NCBI GenBank assembly: GCA_023231475.1
Contig: JALJEE010000706.1
Span: forward strand, 1-52,366
Direction of reading: 5' to 3'
Source of the DNA: Seison nebaliae
Taxonomy: Eukaryota
DNA: 52,366 nucleotides
A program made the position numbers and the translations under genes. This document shows positions 23,482 through 35,843 of the stretch, one piece after another. How positions within the stretch are numbered: position 1 is the stretch's first letter; the number at the start of each line of letters is the position of its first letter. The notes below the pieces were generated by a model. It was given only the letters and a program-made list of their open reading frames with translations, was not told where the DNA came from and made no database searches.

Positions 23482-23677
23482 TCATATTAACACAACATAC
23501 TTCATTACATTCCATAACAGTCAAATGTATAGACAAGAATAGTTCGATTGAATTGAAACGATCAATCCCAAAATTTTCTTTGTTAGAAAATTGGATAAAA
23601 TCGAATCTTCTCTCAAAACTTAGTCCATCACTGCAAAGCAATATTGAATATTATGAAGTATGTAATGAATAATATGA
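23482..23677 (-). ncRNA. mir-1: miR-1 family precursor with an extra-long (~125 nt) apical region; predicted mature 3p ~23514-23493
   Basis: The minus strand reads TGGAATGTAATGAAGTATGT (23514-23495), 19/20 identical to canonical miR-1. The complementary arm ACATACTTCATAATATTCAATA (23663-23642) pairs at 20/22 including one G-U. Basal stem TCATATTA/TAATATGA. CNNC motif about 16-19 nt downstream. Confidence 0.88.
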
Positions 23678-26600
23678 AAATTTGATTGATGGAAAGATGG
23701 TGTAATGTAGTAGGAAGACAAATAGAATTGTAGTAAATAATAAAAAAGAGATTGAATGATAAAAACAATAATATTTGGAATAAAGAAAGTTATTGAGAAT
23801 TATCAAGTTATTTTATAAAATTTATAAAATAAACATGTTTAAAGTTTCAACTTGAAACAACGAGATTTCATAGGAATTCAGAAAAAGATAAGAAACTGTC
23901 GGGAAGTGAGTGAAGTTACAGAAGGAAAAAAGTTAGAATTTCTTCATTCCGATTTTCAATGATGATGAGCTTGAAAAAGTGGAAAGAAAGAAGTATTTTG
24001 TGGATAAATATCATTCTTTAGAGATAGCAGACAAATGAAGAAGAGAAACAGAAAGAAAAATGTTGAAATGAATGAGATGTTTGGCAATTGGTTGTCGTTG
24101 AATCATTTTATGCTGCTTCAGTTTACTTATGTGTCTGTTTTCGAATGCGTTCCCTCTCGTACATACGTTTTGGACGCAAACGGTTCTGTTTAGCCGAGGG
24201 AGGGGAGAGGAAGAAGAAGATGTTGGAGCGTTCACAGTAATCTGAGAGATAAGGTAATCGATTGAAGAGAAGATGTTTGAAGAAGTGAAGTGAGCGCATT
24301 GAATGGAAGAAAGTAAAAATACTGAAAAGTTGGAAAAAAAGAGATATTGTATTGATCTGGAAAATATCTGAAATTTATATAGACTCAAATTCAACATAAT
24401 AATAAGAAGAATCATAAGAATTACAAAAGAATATTTGGTTGAGAAGAAAATAATTAATGTTTCAATATCTCCATAACTCATTAGGATGCCGTTCTGTATG
24501 TGCATTCCATGTTCGTTCGGGAACATAATAGTAATCTCCATATTTCTTTTTCATTGAACTTCTGTGTATATAATAAATAAGTCTATCCAGACATCAGTAT
24601 ATGTGGAGATTGAGGCAATCGATGTGTGGAATGGTTGAGTGTAAGTAGATAAATCGGAGCATATGGTTAGGCGTATTTGATTATTTCTTTTCGGATGATA
24701 CAGATAATTTAAAATAATTTATTTGATCCAACTCATCTATGAAAATATGGAAGCGAATTGCTTCTCTATACCCCTACTGGAACGTTCTCAAACAATATAG
24801 ATAATAATGGTGAAATGAACGGTCTGTGTATGTGTATATTGAGCGCATTTCGTTGAGTTTTCTATCTTCCTTCCAACCGGTCCATTCACCACCAGATGTG
24901 TTTTTGGAGAGGGCACGAAATTGAGGAGGCATTCATGTGTAAAATAAGAAGCAGAACGTTCGGAACGATCCATTCTACATTCCTTAATTAACTTTAATGT
25001 GAATCGATATAAGTGAACGCTCTAGAAGAAGATTTATCAGTTGCACATACCAAGCAGAGAAAGGAGAGAATGCATAATTGATGCACAATTATTTAGAAGG
25101 AAAATAAATATCTTATTATTCCTTTGGAGAAGAAAGTTCGGCGAATCCTTATTTTTCTTCAACTCCGTAACAACAATAACCAGAAGAATAGAAGAAAATG
25201 TAGGAGAATAGGAGGCATAATTATCATTATATAAAAAAGTAAGAAATGGAAAGTTGATGGAATTGCAGTGCCAATATAAATGTGTATATAATTCAATTAA
25301 ATCTTTAATAGTCAATAAGGAGATATAAAGAAAGTTTATGAAGCGAAAGATGCGTCTAAATAAGGAAGAGAACAGATGCGATTTTTTATGCGTTTCTTCG
25401 CTGCTTGATTAGTGAAAAATCGATTGAACAATACGAAAATCGCTTTTCTTTTTTCGTCTTGTAAGACTATCGATTTTCTTCTCATCAGTTTTGGATAAAC
25501 GATTCGTTCTAATGATGAAAGACTGATCACTAATAAATTATTAGTGTTAATCTGTGAAAAAGGAACAGAAGTTGAATTTCCTAAAATTTTTTTATTCTTT
25601 CCTTTCTATCCGGTGAAAATCATATGAGATGATCGAATTGTTTATGTTTCAAAATTACCGGTTAGTCAAACAGACAACTACTATAAAATTAGTAGGAGGT
25701 CGACACTCCCTTGTTAATGATAGGATTTGTGTCGCTTAAATTCCATTAAGCATTTTTCAATATTTATGAATGAAGAAATGAGTATTATCATTCGCACGAG
25801 AAGGGGATAGGTGTAGTGGAATCAAAAGAAATTTTTGCTTTTAGCTCATTCTTTCCTCACATTACATAAGAGATTTTGATCGATAATTATAAATAATGGG
25901 ACGATTGGTGAGGGGAAAGATTCAAGCGGAACGATTGTAAAACGGCAGCTGTTGCTGTTGGATGGAAGTAAATATTTTGTTGGAAAAGAAATGGAGGGAA
26001 GAATTTGGCAGATAAGATGAGAGACTATAAATTTTCTAATCGATAATACGAATTGAGATTGAGTAAATGCGCCTTTTTTCTTTTCATCGCCAATAAATGG
26101 ATGAGATAAATCAAGTAAGGCAAAAAAAAAAAGAATCGTAAAGTAAAAGAACGAAATAAACGTATAGAATAATAACAATAGAAGAGCGAAGAAGAGAAAG
26201 AAAATGATAAAAAAAGTACGCGCGATAGGATGCGAGCGAGGTATATCTGCAAGTGAATGAATATGCATTGTCTCATCCCTCACTCATTCCATTGAACGAA
26301 TATAATTCGGTGTCATTTCTCTCTTCTTCCCTTCCCGCCATGTATGATTGTGTAGCTAACTCTGTCTCCGGCCCGATGGCATATATAACTGGCTTTATAT
26401 TTCGCTCTTCTTATTTGTTGATCTACATAACCGATCGTCAACTACATAAAAGGATGATGTATATTAGAATAGAATGGTAATTGTTGGCAAATCAATAAAT
26501 AGATAGAAAGATCATGAGGAACATATAAAAATTAAATGAAAGATCCATTTTTTGTTATGCAGCGAACGGAGTTCCGTCGTCGATATATGTATATGATCAC

Positions 26601-27285
26601 ATTAAACAATGTCCGAAGGAAGAGAGGAGAACGAGGCATAAGAAGACAGGAGAGAAGTATACAAAATAATTTACATTCCACTCAATCTTGAATGGGGGCT
26701 GATTAAAACTAAAAGAAAGCCATATGGGTAAAATTGAATAGCGGATGAACATTTAATGTTATAAGATGGTATAAAGACTAGAAAAGAGGCAATCTTCCCA
26801 GGAACGGCTAAGAAAGAAAGATAACTGAATTACAATTATTTACGGATCGACAAACTAGCAAATTGATTGAACAACCAAATAATCGTATTGGAGAGAGAGA
26901 GAGAGAGTAGAGCGGAAAATGTGAAAGATAAAAGATTATGAAACATCATCTCATTCTCAATTAGCTGCTCGATTTTCCTCCGTCCATCATCATCATTGGA
27001 ACAAAAACAACTCCATTTCTTTTAATTAGAAATGGACACATCTTATTCCAAATGATAATTATTTTGAATACTAATTCGAAAGTTGATGTCCTGAATATCC
27101 GCATGTTATAATTTCGGTGAATTATTCGATTCCAATTATCTGAAATCGGAAACTAATTGAGAAGGAAGAACTGTAATTTTTTGGGATACGTTTTGTAAAC
27201 AATTTTCTTCTTCCTGGTAATTTCCCGGATTGTTCGTTTGGCTGGTTGGTTCGATGAAGAGAAACGATCCAGTTCTCTATAGTTC

Positions 27286-27340
27286 GAATGAGATTAATTG
27301 AATGAGATTAATTGAATGAGAAATCAATTGAGAAATCAAA
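27286..27340. repeat. Short 14-nt tandem repeat (GAATGAGATTAATT x2 plus decaying copies)
   Basis: Directly visible in the sequence. Confidence 0.7.
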
Positions 27341-29681
27341 ATTCCATGTGTGATTTGTTAAACTTTTGATGAGTTCGAGGAGATGTCATCTGAAATTGAG
27401 GAACTTCTACGTGTACCGAATGGAAGAGAATGCAAATTTGAAGGAATTCTCCTCAACGCTGATTATATTATTATTAGAGATGATAGTAGAAGATTCCTTC
27501 GATTGCAGACAATTTATGATAATTCGTCGAGAACAATTTGCCAAACATCATTTTTCGTATTCTCCGTCCCACTGAATATGAAAAGACAAATTATTTCGAC
27601 TACTAGTAGTAGTAGTAGCAAAGGGGGATGTCCTTATCGAACAGTTCCTATGTTTTATTTTCTCGATTAGATTGTCATATAATTCGTACCCGTCAGAACA
27701 AGATAGCTGGGAAACGAACAAAATATAAATGACAATATCTCTCTATAATTCGTTCGTTGTAATAATATGAATAAATTTCCTTTCCTGATATTCCAATTTC
27801 TTCCCCTCATCATTTCCACCAAAACAAACTGCGTTCCGACGATGATAATCATTCCTTCTCCCCCTCACAAGCTCTCTCCTGATTGAGTTATGACAGATGC
27901 ATTTGATTCGAAGGATAAAGTTTACTACTTGAACCTACTACGACTATTACTATTACTACTAATATTACTACAAATAATACAACTAACGAACAATTAAGAA
28001 CAAATTGCCCACATGGACACCAATGGAAGAGAATTGGACTAAATGCTTCTGAAATCAATTACATTTTCGGACTTCAACCATACATAAAAATTGATTAGTA
28101 TTAAAATAGGGCGGAATTTGAGAATTAATTCAAAAATAAAAATTCCAAAACATGTTGAACTGTTTTACTTAAATTTAACACGTCTTTATGCGGTACATCT
28201 CATCAATTATCCGTTTCCGAAATGTCCGGTTTCCCATATCTGAATTGTCCCCTTTTCTATTTTTGAAAGATAGATTTCCTCTTACGCATAGATAGGAAAT
28301 GATCGAATGAAACATTTTTGGCTTCATTGAACAACATGATAATTACTACGAATTTCCATAATAATAATTTCTGATGAATTTTATTCATCGTCTCTATTAA
28401 TCTGTCTTGATATCATCAAGCACATAATAAGCATTTGTATCTAGTGCACATAATCCGCATTTATTAATTTTCATTCTAAAACAGAATGAACAAAATTACC
28501 ACATCTTCATCTGATCGATACTGTGTTGTAGACGTGATAAATGTTTGGACAGATGATCATCGAAGGATATATATACATAAACTGGACTTTATTTGTGTAA
28601 ATTGTGAAAGTGTTTTGGTGAGTCGGAGAGGAGACTACGTCCAAATGATGTAATATGAAGTAGAAAGTGGAATGAATAGGATGCGAATGAATGATCATTG
28701 ACATCATTATACTAAAGAAATGACAACGGAATTGAGCGACACTTGAAGATGATAATGAACGTACAAGGGAAATTAACAGAAGGAAATAATGATTAATAAT
28801 AAATTATTATCACTTTCTTTACAGTTGTGTGCCGAAAGAAGATTATTCTCTCACTTTCACAAACTCACTCCACTTTCGCCCAAACCGGATTATCTAGCAG
28901 ACGATCGGTTCGGATAGGAGTAAACTAATGTGCTCACAATCTGCCATCATAATTCTTTCACACTTATCTTGGAGTAGACGACACATCAGAAGAAGAATAT
29001 GGTTCTTGATTATTCGTAATTTCAGTCGTTTTTCTTCCCGATAACATCGACGAATAACTCATCATAGAAAGAAGTTTTCTTTCTAAATATTCCTCCAATA
29101 CAATCAAGAACTAAATTCTCATAATAAAAACGAAAATACTTCATTGAAAATGTTAAAAAAAGAAGAGGAATTATTTTCCTAGAAATGAATTAGGAAGAGA
29201 ATGAATTATAAAGATGAAATTGAGAAAAAGAAAATTGTATATCTATTAACTTCTTCTGGTCGATATTTATAGGATTGTGATGATGATACAGATGCAATTT
29301 AAATTAGATTATGAGAGCAATAAATATAAACTGAGAATAAGAAATGAAGCGCATCAAATAACAATATGATGTTTGTTGTTACAATGATATTGGCAGTTCG
29401 GTTTACACATTTCTTGTGGGATTGACAAGGATCTGTGAAGAAATTGGTCATTATCATATTTCAAATAGATTTCGGAAGGTTTTTCCCCCCATTATCTCTC
29501 AAGTTATCATCGCTGAGAATAGCGACTGATGAATGACAAAAATTGTTGGAAATGCTTCCATTGATGAAGTTAGTTGAACGCACATCTGATCGTTTTCATC
29601 AAATTCTCATCGATAGAATGTACAGACAGAATGAGGCTCTCTTTCTGTTCCATCATCTTCTTATCCATCCAATTCTCTTTC

Positions 29682-30892
29682 GGGTGACGCAAAAAATACC
29701 ACCCTACTTGTTTTTTCATAGGAAATCTCCATCAGAGGAATTTAGGTACATAATACGTATAAAATTTTTCGTAGAACAAAGATAGATCAAGGATAATCAA
29801 TCAAAGATAGAACAAGCGGCAGGATTTAAAAAATGTTTTGATTCTATTAATTTAAAATGAAGACTGAGCTATATATATGTAATCAATTTAAATCTTCTAA
29901 AGCACTAACTGTGCTCTAATTTTCGATCCGCAGTTTTCATCTTAAATAAAAATGTGACATAAAAACCCCATGAACAACATTGATAACCTAACTACAATAA
30001 ATCAGTTATTCAATTCATCAAATCAAGCAATAATCAAATGAATAATCTTCGTTTCGTGAAAAATTCGCATGGGAACCTAACGGCAGTTTTGAATGACGAA
30101 TTTATTTGCTGCAAAAGAAAAGAATATAAATCCGGATTTAGCATATGGTATTGCAAGAACAATAAGAAGATACCAAAATGCAGTTCCACGTTGTTCCTGG
30201 ACGACGACTTGAAAATTGAAAAAATTGGAAAAGAGCACAACCACACCGGGGACAAATTAGAGGTGGACAATTAGAATTGAAAAAGAAAATCGCGAAACCT
30301 CAACGCGGATTGCAGAATCGGCTTGCTCAATTGTAGCAACAACATTATCAACAGCTCCGCAATCCCTTCAAGATCGTTTCGGTCGAATTTCCTCAGTAAA
30401 GAGGAATATTCGATAGATTCAATCGAAACAGGAGATGGAAAAAGAAGGAAGTATTCATCGAAAGAAAATTTAATCTGGAAACCACGAAATTCAACCGAAC
30501 TCTGCGAGGAGAATCGCGAAGACTGCGCAATGGGCAATTAAAGAAAGATGAAAAAATTAACAGAAAAGTACATAATTATAATTCCGATCGGATTTTATCA
30601 TATTTGCACAGTCTAACTTAACATTAATTGAACATAATCTTTCATTTTCATGCTTGTTTTCATTTTTTTCTTTGTTTTCTCCTGTTATTGTCATATGTAT
30701 AAATTATTGTATAAATATGTATTATTGTAAAATACTTTTTTATCTCATTAAAAATCTTTATCCTAATCGATAGAACATGTGTAAGTGGAAAAAAAAATAT
30801 CTTATCTACATAAAAGAAGAAAAAAAGAAAAAAAAATGCCATTTTTTCTTTTTTGGGAAAAAACAACCAGGGTGGTATTTTTTTCCTATAAC
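29682..30892 (+). mobile_element. Internally deleted Mutator-like (MULE) DNA transposon, ~1.2 kb
   Basis: Inverted repeats 29691-29717 and 30857-30883 match at 25/27. G...C termini lie 9 nt outside each repeat. Flanking 9-mers TTCTCTTTC and TTCTTTATC match at 7/9 (decayed TSD). Internal FLYWCH ORF. Confidence 0.8.
30038..30475 (+). pseudogene. Truncated MULE transposase N-terminus (FLYWCH zinc finger plus linker)
   Basis: IWYCKNNKKIPKCSSTL...EHNH is a FLYWCH motif. After two frameshifts, LELKKKI/RETSTRIAESACSIVATTL...ISSVKRNIR is a typical post-FLYWCH linker. No DDE core follows. Confidence 0.75.
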
Positions 30893-33157
30893 TTCTTTAT
30901 CCCAACGGAAATTTTAAGTAAAATAAATAACCTCTCTTTCAATTTCCAATCCGACTTTTTCGCCCAGTTCATCTTCTCCAAATTGCCTTAATTGAACAAA
31001 ATATACAAACAACATAATCAGCTAAGTATCGACTTACTTCACTTGTCGGAAATCGGAGTAATGATAATTTGTTGAAGTGCTTTCATTTCTTTCGTCTATT
31101 TATTTATTCATTTTGACGATCATCATTTCCCATCTGTTAAACTGATTGTTGATGATTCATTGTCTCCTTCTTTAGAATTATATCGACATATTCTCTCATA
31201 AGTAGCAGTCGTTTCTTATATTTTTAGATTTATACACAAACCAACAACAACAACAACAACGACAACAACGACAATGAAGGAGATACATATGAAACTTTCT
31301 CTTCTTCGTTTTTTGTTTAATGAAAACTTTTCATTATTATTCTATCCTTCTATACTAACGTTTCATTAGAGAGAAATATAAAATTTTTAGTGACAAACAA
31401 AAAAAAAAAACTATTTCTTGAAATTTCCATTTAAATGAAAAAGAATCTTTCTGATACATATTACATTGGCAACTTTTACTACTATTACTACTACTACTAC
31501 TACTCGAACTAGAAGACTAGTAGTTGAATGCATTATCGGAGAGGATGATGATGATGAGATGGGTGACATAGAAAGAAAGAATCGTCATATCAAATAAGTT
31601 CTGAACAGTTGCATAGGCAGTCGTTTGGCACTTGAAAATTCATTTAGCTAAATTATACTCATCCATCATTTATCAATTCTCTGTTCGTCATTAAAACTCG
31701 ACAAAGGATGAAGATGTAGGAATGAGTGAATATTTCCAAATTATTCATTCTATTCTAATAATCATTAATAATTTCTGAACGAAAATTCCACATTTTCTTC
31801 TTTCATGTCATCTGGTTCTCAACGACACCACTTCTCATCACTCCACAATATCATCAGTGTCACCAATCAATTCCTTCAGGGAAACAATAAGAAATGAGAA
31901 AAAATTTATTGAATTCATTCTTATCGAACGCACATTTCACATATCCGATTACTTATCATTATTCTTCTGATTCATGGTCAAATGACGATCGTTTAATTAA
32001 TCGAATTTAAAATGGCAATTTCTGTCAATTCTCTTCTTACTGTTTATAAATTTCATATTCTCTCCCCCCTCCACACTGACGCGAGTGCTCGTAGAGAAAT
32101 CTCATCTGCTTATCATTATCGTTAAGATAAACATGTTGGAACGACTGTCATTATCATCAATCATTGCCAATCGAAAACAAACAAATAAACAAAAATTCAA
32201 ATCTTATTTAAACAAATCTAATTCACAGACCGATTGTCAGATCGATTTCACTTAATGAACACATTTATTTATCCAATTTATTTTCTTCACTCAATCGCGT
32301 AACGAATTATCAAAACCACCATCTCGACTCATTCTCCTTCCACACTTCTTAGATATGGTTTGTTTGTTAATTGTTTATGATGCGCCATTTTCTTACATAA
32401 CTCTTACAAGTAAATCGATTACTTTCATTTAGTTCAATATCTCCTTCCTTTTACATCATTTACTCTCGTTGAAAATGGAGATAAACGATTTTAATGGAAC
32501 TAATCACTCTTCACTTCCATTTCCCGAGGGATTCTTATTTCTTTCGGGAATTCAATATTAATCAAACATATTTTCATCAATCAAACAACTTCCCATTTCA
32601 TGACAAGAGACAGACTATTCAACACTTTCTCTATAACGAGCTAAATTGTGTTTGGTGAATCTAGGGATCTCTTAGTCTTGGTCTGTTAAATTGGAATGAG
32701 AAAATTCCACGAAACAAATATCCATTCTCCTATGAAACTTTCTGATAATTATAAAAATTATTTTCTGAATCTTCTTCCAAAGCATTCTCATTAATACCGG
32801 TGAATGCGATTGATGGAATAATTTTAAAAGTTTACTCCACAAAATGAATTTGATTCGTCCGTCATCGAAAGTTCATAGATTGATCATCCAATTCTAAAGA
32901 CACTCGATTAGAAAGCGGTCGATGCAGTTTGTTAAAAGTTTAGCTGATTTGTTAAAATTTTTACTCTAAAAAAATTTGAAATCACATTTTCTCATCTAAA
33001 TTGACAAACAACTTCGTAATCACTTCAAGACAGTGTGTTTAATAGTTGTTTAATAAGAAGTATAAGTATTTAATTAGAGAAGTTTAATTTCATTAAATAA
33101 TTCTTAAATTTGATCGTTCGATAAATATTGATTTAAATATCTTGTTCTGATAGGAGA

Positions 33158-34426
33158 ATGTTGGCAGGAAAAACAGCATTTATTACCGGTGCAAGTCGAG
33201 GTATTGGTAAGGCGATAGCTATTCGAATTGCTCAAGAGAAGGGAAATGTGGCGATTGGTGCGAAAACGGCGAAAAGTACCGGAAAATTGGAGGGAACAAT
33301 TTATTCGGCTGCTGAAGAGATCGAAGCGGCCGGAGGGAAAGTATTACCGATAGTGATGGATGTTCGATTTGAGGATCAAGTGGAAGCGGCTGCGAAAAAA
33401 ACAGCAGAAGAATTTGGTGGAATCGATTTCTTAGTGAATAATGCCAGTGCCATCCACCTCACCAATACGTTACATACTCCGATGAAGAAATTTGATTTGA
33501 TGCATATGGTGAATGTTCGTGCGACGTATTTGTGTTCGAAAATTTTCCTTCCTTATATGATGAATCGAAATAATGATGATACATCTCACATTCTCAATAT
33601 TTCACCACCATTGAGTATGCATGATCATTGGTTTGCTGATCATGTGGCGTATACGATGTCAAAATATGGAATGTCGATGTGCACTTTAGGAATGTCATCG
33701 GAATTACGATCGAGTAATGTCGCCGTCAATTCGTTGTGGCCACGAACTGCTGTATATACGGCAGCGATGAAAATGTTGGCAGGAGAGAATGTCTCACATT
33801 ATTGTCGTCGTCCTGAGATTATGGCGGATGCAGCAGTCACAATTTTATCGAAAAGTGTTAAAGAAGCATCGGGTAATTTTTATGTAGATGAACATGTATT
33901 GAGAGATGAAGGTGTAGAAGACTTCACAAAATACGCATATGATCCTAAAGCGAAATTGTTACCAGATTTCTTTTTAGATGAATTCTCTGAAGAAGAATTA
34001 TCGGAGTTTAGAAAACAAATTTCAGGAACAATGCTCCAAATGGAAGCGGGAGGAACGAAAGCGAAAATTCCAGAAGATCGATTCGATGAATTATTGGGAA
34101 TCATGAGAGGATTATTGAGTAACGACATTGTCAAACAAGTAAAAGCGACATTTCTCATTCATTTGACTCGTGAAGATAAAAAAGAATTATATTTACTCGA
34201 TCTATTGAATAATGAAGGATCGATTGAACGTGTAAATGAACCATTCGAAGGGGAAGTAAATTCTCATATGTTTATGACACAAGATACATTCGAAAAAATC
34301 TTCGGCGGTCGTCTCAAACCGACGATGGCGTTCATGGCCGGCAAATTACGATTAGAAGGCGATATGTCAAAAGCGATGAAATTAGATTCATTACTCATGA
34401 AAATTCGAGAGAAGATGGAAGAATAA
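33158..34426 (+). CDS. HSDL2: Hydroxysteroid dehydrogenase-like protein 2 (SDR plus SCP2 domain), intronless
   Basis: TAFITGASRGIGKAIA, LEGTIYSAAEEIE, VNNASAI, HVAYTMSKYGMS, LWPRTA, IMADAA, LLPDFFLD, and SCP2 C-terminus LKPTMAFMAGKLRLEGDM. Confidence 0.97.
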   Translation: MLAGKTAFITGASRGIGKAIAIRIAQEKGNVAIGAKTAKSTGKLEGTIYSAAEEIEAAGGKVLPIVMDVRFEDQVEAAAKKTAEEFGGIDFLVNNASAIHLTNTLHTPMKKFDLMHMVNVRATYLCSKIFLPYMMNRNNDDTSHILNISPPLSMHDHWFADHVAYTMSKYGMSMCTLGMSSELRSSNVAVNSLWPRTAVYTAAMKMLAGENVSHYCRRPEIMADAAVTILSKSVKEASGNFYVDEHVLRDEGVEDFTKYAYDPKAKLLPDFFLDEFSEEELSEFRKQISGTMLQMEAGGTKAKIPEDRFDELLGIMRGLLSNDIVKQVKATFLIHLTREDKKELYLLDLLNNEGSIERVNEPFEGEVNSHMFMTQDTFEKIFGGRLKPTMAFMAGKLRLEGDMSKAMKLDSLLMKIREKMEE

Positions 34427-34634
34427 CTTTTTTTTTATCTTAAAAAAAAATGAGAATATTTAATTTAACTCTTCATTTGATTTTCTTTCGATAATTTTCT
34501 TTTTGAATAAAATGCGAAAGTAATTTTCAAATTTACACTTAATCTTATTGAAACGGATAAAATATTTATGAATGAGACAAACAGATAATAACATTGAAAA
34601 GAAATAAAAAAAAAATCTTTTTTTTTAAAGCATA

Positions 34635-35843
34635 TTAATCAAAAAGTATGGCGGTCTGTGAATGGATATCTGCCGATATATTGTGGAGAGGAGATTGTTC
34701 CGAATTAGAACGAAATGACGATTGATGTTGATCCTTCGAAAATTCATTAATCAACGTTTGTGTATCATTACTCAGTTGTTGTTGTTGTTTGGATTGTTGT
34801 GATATGACGTTAACGAGATTGGCATGAGCTGGAAAGACTTTGACATCTTCATTCGAAATAGTATTATAGAGTGGAGTATGAATTATTTCATCTAACATAT
34901 TCTGAGCGTAATTAGCAGTCATCAATTTGTTGTTATTGATCAATTGTTCGTTTTGATTACTATTCATATTCCTTATTCCACTGTGCATGGAATCACCTAT
35001 AATTCTCTGTGTTTCCTCATTGGAAACACCATCGACATGTTGAGTATAATAATTATTAGTATCAATATTCGAATTCAACGGAAGAGTTATCATATCCAAA
35101 TATTTCTGACAACAGTTGCCGGTGGAGAGCGTAGCATTCTGAGGATTGATCGGTCGATAACGTTGTATCGTATAATCATAAATTAATGGAGCGCTCGAAT
35201 CGATATATTCGTTAGAATTCATTTGAGTTTGATTGAAAGAGATAATCGATCGCGAATTATCTTGTTGTCCATATGAATTATTTAGTTGTTCTTGCTCTTG
35301 TTGTTGTTGTTGTTGTTGTTGTTGATTATTTCTTGAAGGTATATTCGGTACTAGAAAACTGGTAATACCTAAATTGTTGTTGTTGTTGTTGTTGTTGTTG
35401 TCAGTTTCAAGTAAATGTTCAACATTCTTCTTTTTAGGATTAATTCCAAATTCATTGTTTTCTTCATTATCATTTGTTTGATTGATAATCTCTTTCTCAT
35501 TGTTCTCTTTCGCTATTGGTGACGATGATGAATGATTACTACTACCCGATTTCTTATCACCGAATAATTGCTCTAACATCGCTTTCCTTCCATCAAATTC
35601 TTTTTTAGATAATTTGTCTGATGAATCACTCTTCTCTCCATCCATATTCGATGGATCACTTTTACTTTGGTTAGTGGCATTCGGTCGGTCATGTCTCCAT
35701 TTCCTTTCGGCAACTCCCGCTTCTTTTTTTGGTAATTCCGATCCGAAAGCACCGGCCGGATCGTATTGATTCCTCATATCTTGTTTCTTTCCCACTGATT
35801 GGTAAGCGGGATACAACAAATTAATTCCATTCCATGGTGACAT
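34635..35843 (-). CDS. Hypothetical Q/N/S-rich, probably disordered protein (~400 aa)
   Basis: 1.2-kb stop-free frame in AT-rich DNA with polyQ and polyN tracts. No domain recognised and the 5' end is uncertain. Confidence 0.55.
   Translation of the reverse strand: MSPWNGINLLYPAYQSVGKKQDMRNQYDPAGAFGSELPKKEAGVAERKWRHDRPNATNQSKSDPSNMDGEKSDSSDKLSKKEFDGRKAMLEQLFGDKKSGSSNHSSSSPIAKENNEKEIINQTNDNEENNEFGINPKKKNVEHLLETDNNNNNNNNNLGITSFLVPNIPSRNNQQQQQQQQQEQEQLNNSYGQQDNSRSIISFNQTQMNSNEYIDSSAPLIYDYTIQRYRPINPQNATLSTGNCCQKYLDMITLPLNSNIDTNNYYTQHVDGVSNEETQRIIGDSMHSGIRNMNSNQNEQLINNNKLMTANYAQNMLDEIIHTPLYNTISNEDVKVFPAHANLVNVISQQSKQQQQLSNDTQTLINEFSKDQHQSSFRSNSEQSPLHNISADIHSQTAILFD

Noticed and set aside
24011..26283. 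Hydrophobic F/L/I-rich minus-strand ORFs resembling membrane proteins
   Set aside because: Expected by-product of purine-rich, AT-rich non-coding DNA. No motifs.
27229..27250. miR-375-like sequence TTGTTCGTTTGGCT (and a minus-strand TTTGTTCGTTT near 27712-27722)
   Set aside because: The 3' half diverges and I found no upstream star arm giving a full duplex, so the match may be chance. Worth rechecking with small-RNA data.
27383..27670. 95-aa ORF in the gene-free island
   Set aside because: No recognisable domain or linkable exons, and it contains a microsatellite-derived Ser run.
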